From Thermodesulfobacteriota bacterium (lineage in GTDB: Bacteria > Desulfobacterota_D > UBA1144 > Nemesobacterales > Mycalebacteriaceae), in contig OZ242184.1 in NCBI GenBank assembly GCA_965205855.1, positions 640,001 through 704,000 of the forward strand: a stretch of 64,000 nucleotides of DNA, in the 5' to 3' direction. This document shows positions 13,012 to 22,572 of this stretch, piece by piece (the first letter of the stretch is position 1; each line of letters starts with the position of its first letter). Both the position numbers and the translations under genes were made by a program. A model generated the notes under the pieces. That model worked only from the letters and a program-made list of their open reading frames with translations. It was not told where the DNA came from and did not search any database.

Positions 13012-13997
13012 GAAAAAGCAACAGTCTCAAAATATACGCAAACAAAAAGACCTTTTCGTTTTTATTTCACAAGAGACTGGGATTGCTGGTTTTGGCAATC
13101 TCATTTCTAATGGCGGGTTGCGGACCTAAGTTTGAGTTGTCCGAAGCGGCTTACAGAAAACAGACATCAACGGGCGTAAAGGTTCGTCCTGAAGTCGGGA
13201 TACCGAAAACACCTTCCGTTGAATACATCCGTATCCGAATGACGGACAGCGTTTTTCTTGACCCGCCGGAAGTTGACAATCCTTCCATTTATGTGCGCGT
13301 CCGCAACACTTCCGGCAGAGACATAGACCTTCAAGCGGCTGTGGCTCAAAAGTTACGCTCGCTTGGATACAAAATTACAAGAAACGCTTCCACGGCAACA
13401 TATGTTCTGCAAGCAAACCTTTTGTTTGCGGATGAAGTTTCAGTTGCGGAACTCGCCAAGATAGATGAAACCAAATACGGATTCAGCATAGGTAGAACCG
13501 CCGCCGGTCTTTTGGTTGGCGCAGGGTTGGGAGCCGGAGCGGGCGCGCTTCTCGGCGATGGCGATGTTACCGGAGAAGCCATAGTCGGCGGAGTTGTCGG
13601 CGGAGCAGTCGGCGCAATAGGAGATGCTCTCAGCCAACGCTCGCGCAATCAGCGTATGGCAGCCAAGCAGTGGATTAGATACTTCTCGCTTGTTGTTGAT
13701 ATTCAGTTGCGCGAACGCATAAAGGGTGAAAAAAACCAAGTTTTTATAGAGGGTTCCAGTGGTTCATCCGCTCAAGGAGATGACCAAGCAGGATCGAGAG
13801 AACAAGGTTTCGCCAGCGGTCAGGATTCACAAAGCTCCTATTCTCGGCGGGAATCTCAAACCTATTCTGAAACCAGCGATTGGAAACGTTATCAAACCCG
13901 CATATTGGGGAAAGCCAAGGGGAAGCTTGTTGTGTTTGAGGATGTTCAGCAGGACTTTGCTGTTAAAGTGGCGAGCTCCATTGCGGGGTTGTTTTGA
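12999..13997 (+). CDS. traT: TraT-family complement-resistance/surface-exclusion lipoprotein
   Basis: Lipobox MAGC; MTDSVFLDP..IYVRVRNTS..GYKIT..YVLQANLL; glycine zipper; VVDIQLRER; WKRYQTRI; C-terminal SIAGLF. Confidence 0.88.
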   Translation: MNSYRKSNSLKIYANKKTFSFLFHKRLGLLVLAISFLMAGCGPKFELSEAAYRKQTSTGVKVRPEVGIPKTPSVEYIRIRMTDSVFLDPPEVDNPSIYVRVRNTSGRDIDLQAAVAQKLRSLGYKITRNASTATYVLQANLLFADEVSVAELAKIDETKYGFSIGRTAAGLLVGAGLGAGAGALLGDGDVTGEAIVGGVVGGAVGAIGDALSQRSRNQRMAAKQWIRYFSLVVDIQLRERIKGEKNQVFIEGSSGSSAQGDDQAGSREQGFASGQDSQSSYSRRESQTYSETSDWKRYQTRILGKAKGKLVVFEDVQQDFAVKVASSIAGLF

Positions 13998-14009
13998 TGA
14001 AGGGAAAAA

Positions 14010-14393
14010 ATGCGTAATTTTTTAATGGTTTTTGTCAGTGTTGTTTTTCTTACTGGATGTGGCGGCGCGGTTTATAAACACAAGTCGTGGTTGCCTCCTG
14101 AGGAGGTTGACAAAGTAACTTCCGATTGGGATGTGGCGTCAACCATCTGTGACGCGAGAGCTGGAAACAGAGAACTAACTCCTGAAGAACAGCAACAAAT
14201 TGCAGAGAAAAGAGAAGCGCTAAATTATACCGGAACCGTTACAAAGGACATTATGGGTCAGGCAGGTATTGCTGGCGGTGAGTATGTGGCTGCCGCCGCA
14301 GGTTTTATAAGTGGACTCTTGGGACGCAAAAGCTCGGTAGAGAAAGAAGAGTTTGCCGTATGTATGGAGGAATACGGATGGGAAAAGAAATGA
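14010..14393 (+). CDS. hypothetical lipoprotein
   Basis: Lipobox LTGC, glycine-zipper-like segment, C-terminal CMEEYGW. Confidence 0.8.
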   Translation: MRNFLMVFVSVVFLTGCGGAVYKHKSWLPPEEVDKVTSDWDVASTICDARAGNRELTPEEQQQIAEKREALNYTGTVTKDIMGQAGIAGGEYVAAAAGFISGLLGRKSSVEKEEFAVCMEEYGWEKK

Positions 14394-14428
14394 GTATCGG
14401 ACAAGGAGGACTCAAATGAACAGTTATA
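14361..14428 (+). repeat. 68-bp direct repeat, copy 2
   Basis: Matches 12944-13011; spans the end of the 127-aa gene, the SD and the start MNSY of the next gene. Confidence 0.95.
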
Positions 14429-15203
14429 AAAGGAAATCTTTGAAAGAAAGGTCCACATTCTTTACACGCTTTTTGAGGAAGCATATAATACCTATCGTGG
14501 TAATGACTGGTAGTTTGTTTGGTGCTTACGAATACTTGGCTAAGTTTCTTACTTCCAAAAATTGCCTGGTTCCGAACAACGTATAACAGCTAACCAATCA
14601 GGCACAATTCACGCGGAGTTCACAAAAAACTCCAAACAGTATGGATATAATGGGGAGTTGTGGGGAAACTGGGCAAAAATGGATGAGTGTCCGTCCGAGA
14701 GTTTTGCCTATGCATTCAGGGTTAAAATTGAGAAAAAACAAGGTCGGGGCGATGATACTGCAGCAAATGGAATTCAATTGAAATGTAGGAAAAATAGTAG
14801 CAATCAAGAACAAAATAATAAAATTATTTCTTCTGCTGAAGGACCTTGGGGAACTTGGAGAGATTGGCACGAATGTGGAGACAACCAATTTCTATATGCA
14901 TATCAGTCGCGTATAGAAAAATACCAAGGCAGAGGTGATGATTCTGCTCTTAACGGATTTCGTTTTGCGTGCAAGAAATTCGGTGAGACAGAAGCAGAAG
15001 GAGAGAAAATGGTAAAAGGAGAGATGGAAGAAAGTGGATACTGGGGAGAGTGGACGGATAAAGCGGTTTGCCAAGGCAAAGCATTCATTGCCGGAATAAG
15101 GACAAAGGTCGAGCCGTATCAGGGGAAGTTTAGACGGGATGATACCGCTTTGAATGACGCAGAGTTCTTTTGTAAAAATATTAAAGTATCACCCACCAGT
15201 TAA
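14416..15203 (+). pseudogene. membrane-anchored VMO-I (vitelline membrane outer layer protein I, beta-prism) domain protein with a single-base frameshift
   Basis: Three repeats of G.WG.W...C...GDDTA.NG...C; SD and ATG at 14416 are in a different frame from the domain; the frames can join only in 14544-14583, which contains an A5 run (14557-14561). Confidence 0.8.
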
Positions 15204-15222
15204 AGCCCGATGTGTTTTCCAA

Positions 15223-15246
15223 ATCCCCGCTTTCGTGGGATATGAC
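15223..15246 (-). repeat. degenerate REP/dRS3-like palindrome
   Basis: Reverse complement reads GTCATATCCCACGAAAGCGGGGAT, similar to GTCATTCCCGCGAAAGCGGGAAT elements. Confidence 0.55.
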
Positions 15247-15426
15247 GGTTGGGGTCTTTTCGTTTGGCAATCTGAGCGGAATTTAGGGGAACACAATATC
15301 TAATTCATCCCAACCCAAAGAAGAGTGCTGTTTGTTTCCACAATTTACTGCTTCCAAGATGTCAGCATCGGCACAAATCGCTTTTCCCCATTTCTGTAGT
15401 AAAAGCGGGAATACAGAGTAAGATTG

Positions 15427-15855
15427 TCAGGCTAAGGGGTTAACCCACCGCAGTCCGGGAAACCTGCCGAAATCCGAATCATTGGAATGAACCTCCGCTT
15501 GATATTCTATCGCAATGGCGGCAATGTGGGCATCGGACACGAGATTTCCGCCAACTCCCGCGGCATCCAGATTTTGCCGGAAGTATGTCAGGTGTTCAGT
15601 GCCCGGATTTACCGGAATTACACTGTCATATTGAAACCATGACTCCACTTTGCTGACCGCTTTTAACGGCGTAACGGGATTTTGCAGCACACGGGGGTGA
15701 GTTATCAACCTTACAAATCCGGAGGACACCAACCAGGGTACGCCGATTCTTTTGTCGCCATTGACGGTTTCCTCCCACCAATGTTTGGCTTTTTTGTGAT
15801 ACGGTGACTCGCTGTTGTAGGCATAGACCAGCAGGTTGATATCCGGCACTATCAT
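15427..15855 (-). CDS. vapC: type II toxin VapC (PIN-domain RNase)
   Basis: PDINLLVYA, GNLVSDAHIAAIAIE, SNDSDFGRFPGL..NPL. Confidence 0.93.
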   Translation of the reverse strand: MIVPDINLLVYAYNSESPYHKKAKHWWEETVNGDKRIGVPWLVSSGFVRLITHPRVLQNPVTPLKAVSKVESWFQYDSVIPVNPGTEHLTYFRQNLDAAGVGGNLVSDAHIAAIAIEYQAEVHSNDSDFGRFPGLRWVNPLA

Positions 15856-16112
15856 TTTGTGGATTTTTTCACAAATTCGGCGGCTTCCAGTTCATCGTTC
15901 AACTGGTTGAGCCTTTGCCGGTCAACTCCGGAAACGAATTTGCTACGGATTGGAACAACCTTGAATTTGCGCGGACGCGGACTCTTGGCGCCGGGCTTCA
16001 TTCCTTTGCGCACCGCCTCATTTAACACTTCCTTGAAAGTCTTGTTGCGAAGACGGCTTTCCTTCTTCAAGTATTCCGCAACATCTTCGTCTAATGTCAG
16101 TGTTGTTCTCAT
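15852..16112 (-). CDS. vapB: antitoxin VapB (ribbon-helix-helix)
   Basis: MRTTLTLDEDV N-terminus; 4-nt overlap with vapC; start moved to ATG 16112. Confidence 0.88.
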   Translation of the reverse strand: MRTTLTLDEDVAEYLKKESRLRNKTFKEVLNEAVRKGMKPGAKSPRPRKFKVVPIRSKFVSGVDRQRLNQLNDELEAAEFVKKSTK

Positions 16113-16118
16113 GTGAGC

Positions 16119-16147
16119 ATCTTGATGTATTGATGATATGATGTCAA
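16119..16147 (-). promoter_or_regulatory. vapBC promoter, probably leaderless
   Basis: TTGACA-17 nt-CAAGAT-6 nt-ATG on the minus strand; repeated CATCA motifs may be operator sites. Confidence 0.55.
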
Positions 16148-16202
16148 GATTCTTTTTCTCCGTCATCCCGTGTCCGATACGGAGTTCTGAGTTTAAACCC
16201 AC

Positions 16203-16239
16203 AAAAAAAAGACGCCGCTTTTACACGGCGTCTTTTTTT
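16203..16239. terminator. intrinsic terminator after glnA (bidirectional shape)
   Basis: A8-GACGCCG-loop-CGGCGTC-T7. Confidence 0.9.
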
Positions 16240-16257
16240 CACAGTTCGACATTTCAA

Positions 16258-17721
16258 TCAAACATCATAGTAAAGAATAAACTCATGCGGAACCGGTCTC
16301 AGCCTTATGGGGTTGACCTCATTTTCCATCTTGTAGTCTACCCATGTCTGAAGCAGGTCTTCATCAAAAACTCCGCCTTTGAGGAGGAAATCGTGGTCTT
16401 TTTCAAGCGCCTTGAGAGCCTCTTCAAGAGAAGCGGGAACCGAAGGAATGCCCTGCAACTCTTCCGGTCCGAGAGCGTATATGTCTTTGTCCATAGGGTC
16501 TCCGGGCTTGATTTTGTTCTCAATTCCGTCGAGTCCGGCCATAAGCATCGCGGAGAATGTCAGATAACCGTTGCACGAAGGGTCAGGGAATCTGCACTCA
16601 AGTCGTTTTGCTTTCGGGCTTGGAGAATACATCGGTATTCTGACAGCCGCACTCCTGTTTCTTGCCGAGTAGGCAAGATTGACCGGAGCTTCAAAGCCCG
16701 GCACAAGGCGCCTGTACGAGTTGGTTGTTGAGTTGCTGAAAGCACATATTGCCCTTGCGTGTTTGAGTATGCCACCTATGTAGTGCATCGCGGTCTCGCT
16801 CATTCCCGCGTATCCGTTGCCGGCAAAAAGCGGCTTGCTTTTTTTCCAAAGGGACTGGTGAACATGCATTCCCGAACCGTTGTCGTCAAACAGGGGTTTG
16901 GGCATAAAAGTTACGGATTTGCCGTGCATACGCGCCACATTGCGACAGATGTATTTATACCACATCATCTGATCGCCCATTGTGAGCAGCGGGGCGAACT
17001 TCATATCAATCTCCGCCTGACCACCGGTCGAAACCTCATGGTGGTGCGCCTCAACAACAATCCCAAGTTCCTGCATAACGGAAACCATTTCCGACCTGAG
17101 GTCGTGGTGGCTGTCCGCCGGAGGAGTCGGGAAGTATCCCTCTTTGTGTCTCAGTTTGTACCCGAGGTTCGGGAAGTCATCGCTTCCGGAATTCCAGATT
17201 CCCTCATCGGAATCCACAAAGTAATAACCGGAGTTTGCCGTCTGGTCATAGCGAACATCTTCAAGGATAAAAAATTCAAGTTCGGGGCCGAAGTAAGCCG
17301 TGTCCGCCACGCCCGTGCTTTTCATATACGCTTCCGCTTTTGAGGCGATTGTTCTCGGGTCGCGGGAGTAGGGTTCTTTTGTAATCGGATCCACTATATT
17401 GCAGAGAACCGCAACCGTGGGTTTTTTCATGAACGGGTCAAGCTTTACCGTGGCCGGGTCGGGAACAGTGAGCATATCGCTTGAGTTGATGGTTTTCCAT
17501 CCCCTTATGCTTGAGCCATCAAATCCCATTCCTTCTTCAAAAGCCGACATTTCAAATTCTGTCACCGGAATTGTGAAATGCTGCCACATTCCCACAAAGT
17601 CAAGAAAGCGCAGGTCAACAAACTCCGCCTTGCTGCCCTTTATGAATTTGACCGCTTTTGCGATCTCCGTTCTATTCGGTTTTATCTGTTTTACAGATGT
17701 TGTTTTTTTCGAATTTGCCAA
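16258..17721 (-). CDS. glnA: glutamine synthetase type I
   Basis: [40 protein letters not shown], adenylylation-site region KDIY; TTG start with SD AGGAGG. Confidence 0.98.
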   Translation of the reverse strand: MANSKKTTSVKQIKPNRTEIAKAVKFIKGSKAEFVDLRFLDFVGMWQHFTIPVTEFEMSAFEEGMGFDGSSIRGWKTINSSDMLTVPDPATVKLDPFMKKPTVAVLCNIVDPITKEPYSRDPRTIASKAEAYMKSTGVADTAYFGPELEFFILEDVRYDQTANSGYYFVDSDEGIWNSGSDDFPNLGYKLRHKEGYFPTPPADSHHDLRSEMVSVMQELGIVVEAHHHEVSTGGQAEIDMKFAPLLTMGDQMMWYKYICRNVARMHGKSVTFMPKPLFDDNGSGMHVHQSLWKKSKPLFAGNGYAGMSETAMHYIGGILKHARAICAFSNSTTNSYRRLVPGFEAPVNLAYSARNRSAAVRIPMYSPSPKAKRLECRFPDPSCNGYLTFSAMLMAGLDGIENKIKPGDPMDKDIYALGPEELQGIPSVPASLEEALKALEKDHDFLLKGGVFDEDLLQTWVDYKMENEVNPIRLRPVPHEFILYYDV

Positions 17722-17824
17722 CTGGGTTTCCTCCTGATAGTTAAGCTAATTGTGAGACTTTACAGCAAGAATTTTTATCAGTCAATTGTGCAGAGGGGTT
17801 TGTCGCGGTTGTATAATAATTGTT

Positions 17825-18475
17825 ATGAAAGACATAAACCTCGGCTATAAATTCCGCAATCCCGTTCTTCTTAAAACAGCTTTGACGCACCCGTCCCACA
17901 GGCACGAAAAAGGCGGTGTTGACAACCAACGGCTTGAATTTCTCGGAGATTCGGTTGTCGGATGTGTTACCGCAGAGGTTCTTTATGAGACTTTTCCCGA
18001 TTCGGACGAGGGCGAGCTGACGGCGAAAAAAAACGCCATAGTGAGCGGCGCAAACCTTGCCGAATATGCCGCAGCTCTCTCGCTCGGCAAATGCCTGTTG
18101 CTCGGCAAAGGGGAGGAAAAGGAAGGCAGAAGCAGGGAGTCAACCCTTGCGGACGCTTTTGAGGCGGTTATCGGAGCGGTTTTTCTTGACGGAGGTTACT
18201 CTGCGGCACGCGATATTGTTTCCTCTCTCATAACGGACAGCGCGGAGAAATGGAGCGTGCGGTATGACTACAAATCTGAGCTGCAAAAGGTTTTTCATAA
18301 AAAGATGGGCTCTCTTCCCGTTTATGCGACGGAGGAGACCGGTCTTGAGCATAAGAGATATTTCTTCAGCGAAGTTGGAGACGGGTCTGAAACCTTTGGA
18401 AGAGGCCAAGGAAAAAGCAAAAAAGAGGCGGAGCAACGCGCCGCACAAGAGGCGCTTGAAGCGCTGTCCCTGTAG
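17825..18475 (+). CDS. rnc: ribonuclease III
   Basis: ALTHPS, NQRLEFLGDSV, LADAFEAVIGA, dsRBD with SKKEAEQRAA; start moved to ATG 17825. Confidence 0.96.
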   Translation: MKDINLGYKFRNPVLLKTALTHPSHRHEKGGVDNQRLEFLGDSVVGCVTAEVLYETFPDSDEGELTAKKNAIVSGANLAEYAAALSLGKCLLLGKGEEKEGRSRESTLADAFEAVIGAVFLDGGYSAARDIVSSLITDSAEKWSVRYDYKSELQKVFHKKMGSLPVYATEETGLEHKRYFFSEVGDGSETFGRGQGKSKKEAEQRAAQEALEALSL

Positions 18476-18483
18476 ATTGCCGC

Positions 18484-19773
18484 CTACAGGTCTCTGATTC
18501 TCAAAACAACGGTTGGCGTTTTTGTTATCCGTTTTTCAATTTCCGCGACCGCTTTTTTCATATTTTTTTCCGCGACTTTGCGGGTCATTATCACAACGGG
18601 AACCTTCTTTACCGACCCGTGTGGTTTCTGGATTACGGATTCTATGCTTATGCCCGATTTTCCGAGTATGGCGGAGATTTTTCCGAGAGTGCCGGGAGTA
18701 TCCTCGGCTTGGAATCTGGCGTAAAATTTGCCGGAGATATTCTGTCTTGGCACAAGAGAGAGAGTTTTTCCGCTTTGCGTAAACAGCTCCGCTATCCGCC
18801 CGCCGTCCGTCCGCCTCGCTATTCTCACAATGTCGCTCACAACCGCGCTTGCGGTTGGCATCATTCCCGCTCCCATTCCGTAGAACATCAACGGCCCCAC
18901 GGCGTCTCCCTCTATGCGCACGGCGTTGAAAACTCCCTCCACGGACGCAATCTGCGCGCCGGTTTTTACAAGAGCCGGGTAAACGCCCGCTTCTATGCCG
19001 CCACTTGAAACCTTTGCCGAAGCGAGGGGTTTGATTACATATCCGAGCTCTTTCGCGTATGATATGTCCGCTGGAGTGATGTTTTTTATTCCCTCAACCG
19101 TGAGGTCTTTGAGGTTAAACCTACTTCCCCACGCGAGCGTTATCATTATCAGCAATTTATGCGCGGAGTCCGTTCCGTTTATGTCAAATGACGGGTCTGC
19201 TTCGGCATATCCGTTTCTTTGCGCATCCGAAAGAATTTCTTTGAAAGGTTTTCCCTCCGCCGACATTCTGTGCAGTATGTAGTTTGAGGTTCCGTTCATT
19301 ATGCCGTGGACCGACAGTATTGTGTTTGCGCAAAGCCCTTCGCAAAGTCCTTGTATAAGCGGTATGCCGCCCGCCACACTTGCCTCAAATCCGACTTCTG
19401 CGTTGTTTGCGGCAGCGGCGGTGAAAATCTCTTTTCCTCTGTGAGCCAGAAGCGCTTTGTTCGCGGTGACGAGTTGTTTGCCGTTTTTCAGCGTGGCGAG
19501 CGCAAACTCTCCTGCGGTTGTTGTGCCGCCGATGAGTTCAACAATGATGTCAATTTCCGGATCGTTGATGAGTTCATACGCGTCTTTTGTGAATAGAGTT
19601 TTGGGTATTTTTACGGGTCTTTTTCTCTTTGGCTCCAGGTCTGCGATTTTTTTTATAACAAGGTCGGTTCCGGTTCTTTCTTTTATGATTTTCCGGTTGC
19701 GCCGTATGACTTCATACACTCCGCACCCGACCGTGCCGGCGCCGATGAGTCCGATGTTGGTTTTGTTTTTCAT
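18484..19773 (-). CDS. hom: homoserine dehydrogenase with C-terminal ACT domain
   Basis: GAGTVG, VTANKA, FEASVAGGIP, GYAEADP, GAGMMPTASAV. Confidence 0.96.
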   Translation of the reverse strand: MKNKTNIGLIGAGTVGCGVYEVIRRNRKIIKERTGTDLVIKKIADLEPKRKRPVKIPKTLFTKDAYELINDPEIDIIVELIGGTTTAGEFALATLKNGKQLVTANKALLAHRGKEIFTAAAANNAEVGFEASVAGGIPLIQGLCEGLCANTILSVHGIMNGTSNYILHRMSAEGKPFKEILSDAQRNGYAEADPSFDINGTDSAHKLLIMITLAWGSRFNLKDLTVEGIKNITPADISYAKELGYVIKPLASAKVSSGGIEAGVYPALVKTGAQIASVEGVFNAVRIEGDAVGPLMFYGMGAGMMPTASAVVSDIVRIARRTDGGRIAELFTQSGKTLSLVPRQNISGKFYARFQAEDTPGTLGKISAILGKSGISIESVIQKPHGSVKKVPVVIMTRKVAEKNMKKAVAEIEKRITKTPTVVLRIRDL

Positions 19774-19916
19774 TCAGTTCTCCTTCAATCCGCAATCCGC
19801 AAGTGGGGATGAGAGATTTTCCCGTTCAGTTTATAGGCGATTTTGTCCCGTTCCAACTCAAAAACGCGTTCGGTATCTTTTTTTTTTGCTCTGTGGTTTT
19901 GATACACGGGGCAACA

Positions 19917-22469
19917 TCACCCGAAAGTAAAATCCTTCTTATCCGTTCCAACTTTTATTTTCTTATCCTTTCCGATTTTCCCCTCAAGCAGCAATTTCGC
20001 AATCGGGTCTTCCAACTCTCTGCGGATAACCCTTTTTAGCGGCCTTGCCCCGTATTCGGGGTCATAACCTTTGTCCGCGAGTCTTTCCTTTGCTTTGCCG
20101 GTTATCTCAAGACCGATTTCCTTTTCCTCAAGACGCGACCGCAGTATCGTTATTTGAATATCAACAATTCCCTTGATTTCTTTTTTGGAAAGCGGTTTGA
20201 AAATTATCGTCTCGTCAATTCTGTTCAAAAATTCAGGCCTGAATCTCTCCCGTAACGCCTGCGTAACGCTCGCGCGCATTTTCTCTTCGTCATCAAGCAT
20301 CTCCCGAATCAGACGGCTTCCGAGGTTTGAAGTCATTATTATTACGCAGTTGCGGAAATTAACCGTTCTTCCCTGCCCGTCGGTCAACCTGCCGTCTTCC
20401 AGAATTTGAAGCAGAATGTTGAAAACATCCTCGTGCGCTTTCTCAACCTCATCAAGAAGAACAACCGAGTAGGGGCGTCTTCTTACCGCTTCGGTAAGTT
20501 GCCCGCCTTCGTCGTAGCCAACATATCCCGGAGGGGCTCCGATAAGCCGTGAGACGGAATGTTTTTCCATATACTCGCTCATGTCTATGCGCACAATGTT
20601 GCTTTCATCGTCAAAAATAAACTCAGCTAGGGCGCGCGCGAGTTCGGTTTTGCCGACTCCCGTGGGACCGAGAAAAAGAAGCGAACCTATCGGCCTCGAC
20701 GGATCGGAAAGCCCCGTTCTTGACCTTCTGATTGTGTTTGAAACCGTTTCAATTGCTTCGCTTTGTCCCACAACCCTGCGGGAAAGGTTTTTTTCCATTC
20801 CCAGCAGTTTTTCCGTTTCGCCCTCAATCACTTTTGCAACGGGAACGCCCGTCCACTTGGATACAACCTGTGCTATGTCCGCAGGGCCGACCTCTTCGGT
20901 GAGCATGGTTTTCGTTCCGCCGTCTCCGGCTTTGGTTTCAAGTTCTTTCTCAAGTTCGGGCAGTCTGCCGTAAAGTATTTCCGAAGCGGCGGAAAGATTT
21001 CCCTCCCTCTGCGCTTTTTCCGCTTCGGTGCGCGCAGCGTCTATCTCACGCTTGATTTTCTTTATTTCCGATACGCGTCCTTTCTCTCTTTCCCATTGGG
21101 CTGTCAGCCCGCCCAGATTCTCTTTTAAGTCCGAGATTTTTCTCTCTATCTCCCTAATTTTTTCGCATTTTCCGTCCGATTCTTTTTTCAAACTCTCGTG
21201 CTCCATCTCAAGTTGTATGACGCGGCGCCTTGCCTCGTCCACTTCGGCGGGCATTGAGTCAATCTCCATTTTAATTTTTGCCGCCGCCTCATCTATGAGG
21301 TCAACGGCTTTATCTGGCAAAAACCTTCCGGTTATGTAACGGTGCGAAAGTTTCGCCGCCGCGGTGAGCGCATCGTCCCTGATTCTGACGCCGTGGTGCG
21401 CCTCGTATTTTTCTTTGAGTCCGCGAAGGATTGAAACAGTGTCTTCAACGGACGGTTCGTCAACATACACTTGCTGAAACCTTCTCTCAAAAGCCGCGTC
21501 TTTTTCAATGTTTGAGCGGAATTCGTCGAGCGTTGTGGTTCCTATGCAATGCAGTTCACCTCTTGCAAGCGCGGGTTTGAGCATATTTGAAGCGTCCATC
21601 GCCCCGTCCGCTCCTCCGGCGCCAACAACAGTATGCACTTCGTCTATGAACAGAATAATTTCCTTTTCCGCTTCGGCGACTTCAGAGAGAACCGCCTTTA
21701 ACCTTTCTTCAAACTGCCCTCTGTATTTTGCCCCGGCAACCAGCGCCCCCATATCCAAAGCGATGAGGTTTTTGTTCTCAAGCCCTTCGGGAACATCCCC
21801 GTCAACAATCCTCTGCGCGAGCCCTTCAACAATGGCGGTTTTGCCGACACCCGGCTCGCCTATAAGCACGGGGTTGTTTTTTGTGCGGCGGAGGAGAACC
21901 TGCACCACACGCCTGATTTCCTCGTCTCTTCCGATTACGGGGTCTACCCTGCCGTCCCTTGCCCTTGCCGTAAGGTCGCTGCCGTATTTGGACAACGCTT
22001 GAAAGGTGTCTTCAGGGGATTCTCCCGTAACTTTGCGGTTTCCCCTTAAATCTTCAATCGCTTTTTCAACCGTCTCTTTGTTGACTCCGGCTTGCGAAAG
22101 CGCGTTTTTTAAATCCCCCGATGCCGCGGAGGCTATTCCAACCAGAAGATGCTCGGTGCTGATGTATTCATCCCCGCGGGACTTTGCCGACTCTTCCGCC
22201 GTCCTGAATGCGGTGTTGAATTCTCTACTTGCGTATTCCTCGTAATTGCCCTCAACGGCGGGAAGTTTTTCCATGTCTTTTTGCGCCGCATTCTTGATTT
22301 TGTCCGTATCCGCTCCGAGTTTGCGCAGAATTTCCGAGGGGATTCCCTGCTCCACAAGCGCAAGTGCCAAATGAGACAGGTCTATCGCCTGATTATTTTT
22401 CTGCCGCGCTATGTCCCGTGCTTTGGACAGAGTTTCGCGCGCTTTGATTGTAACTTTGTCGCTGTTCAT
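19917..22469 (-). CDS. clpB: chaperone ClpB
   Basis: Two AAA+ modules ([16 protein letters not shown]), coiled-coil M domain, [12 protein letters not shown]. Confidence 0.97.
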   Translation of the reverse strand: MNSDKVTIKARETLSKARDIARQKNNQAIDLSHLALALVEQGIPSEILRKLGADTDKIKNAAQKDMEKLPAVEGNYEEYASREFNTAFRTAEESAKSRGDEYISTEHLLVGIASAASGDLKNALSQAGVNKETVEKAIEDLRGNRKVTGESPEDTFQALSKYGSDLTARARDGRVDPVIGRDEEIRRVVQVLLRRTKNNPVLIGEPGVGKTAIVEGLAQRIVDGDVPEGLENKNLIALDMGALVAGAKYRGQFEERLKAVLSEVAEAEKEIILFIDEVHTVVGAGGADGAMDASNMLKPALARGELHCIGTTTLDEFRSNIEKDAAFERRFQQVYVDEPSVEDTVSILRGLKEKYEAHHGVRIRDDALTAAAKLSHRYITGRFLPDKAVDLIDEAAAKIKMEIDSMPAEVDEARRRVIQLEMEHESLKKESDGKCEKIREIERKISDLKENLGGLTAQWEREKGRVSEIKKIKREIDAARTEAEKAQREGNLSAASEILYGRLPELEKELETKAGDGGTKTMLTEEVGPADIAQVVSKWTGVPVAKVIEGETEKLLGMEKNLSRRVVGQSEAIETVSNTIRRSRTGLSDPSRPIGSLLFLGPTGVGKTELARALAEFIFDDESNIVRIDMSEYMEKHSVSRLIGAPPGYVGYDEGGQLTEAVRRRPYSVVLLDEVEKAHEDVFNILLQILEDGRLTDGQGRTVNFRNCVIIMTSNLGSRLIREMLDDEEKMRASVTQALRERFRPEFLNRIDETIIFKPLSKKEIKGIVDIQITILRSRLEEKEIGLEITGKAKERLADKGYDPEYGARPLKRVIRRELEDPIAKLLLEGKIGKDKKIKVGTDKKDFTFG

Positions 22470-22572
22470 GTTTGTCTCCTCTTATAAAGTATGAACCCGC
22501 GTGCGCAATTCAATGAAGTTTTTTCAGAAAAAAATTGATTTTATATCCTTATGACTAATACAATGGACTCTT

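Noticed and set aside
12944-14428. Repeats as CRISPR repeats or integron attC sites
   Set aside because: Only two copies 1.4 kb apart, partly protein-coding, with no attC-type inverted core and no cas or intI gene.
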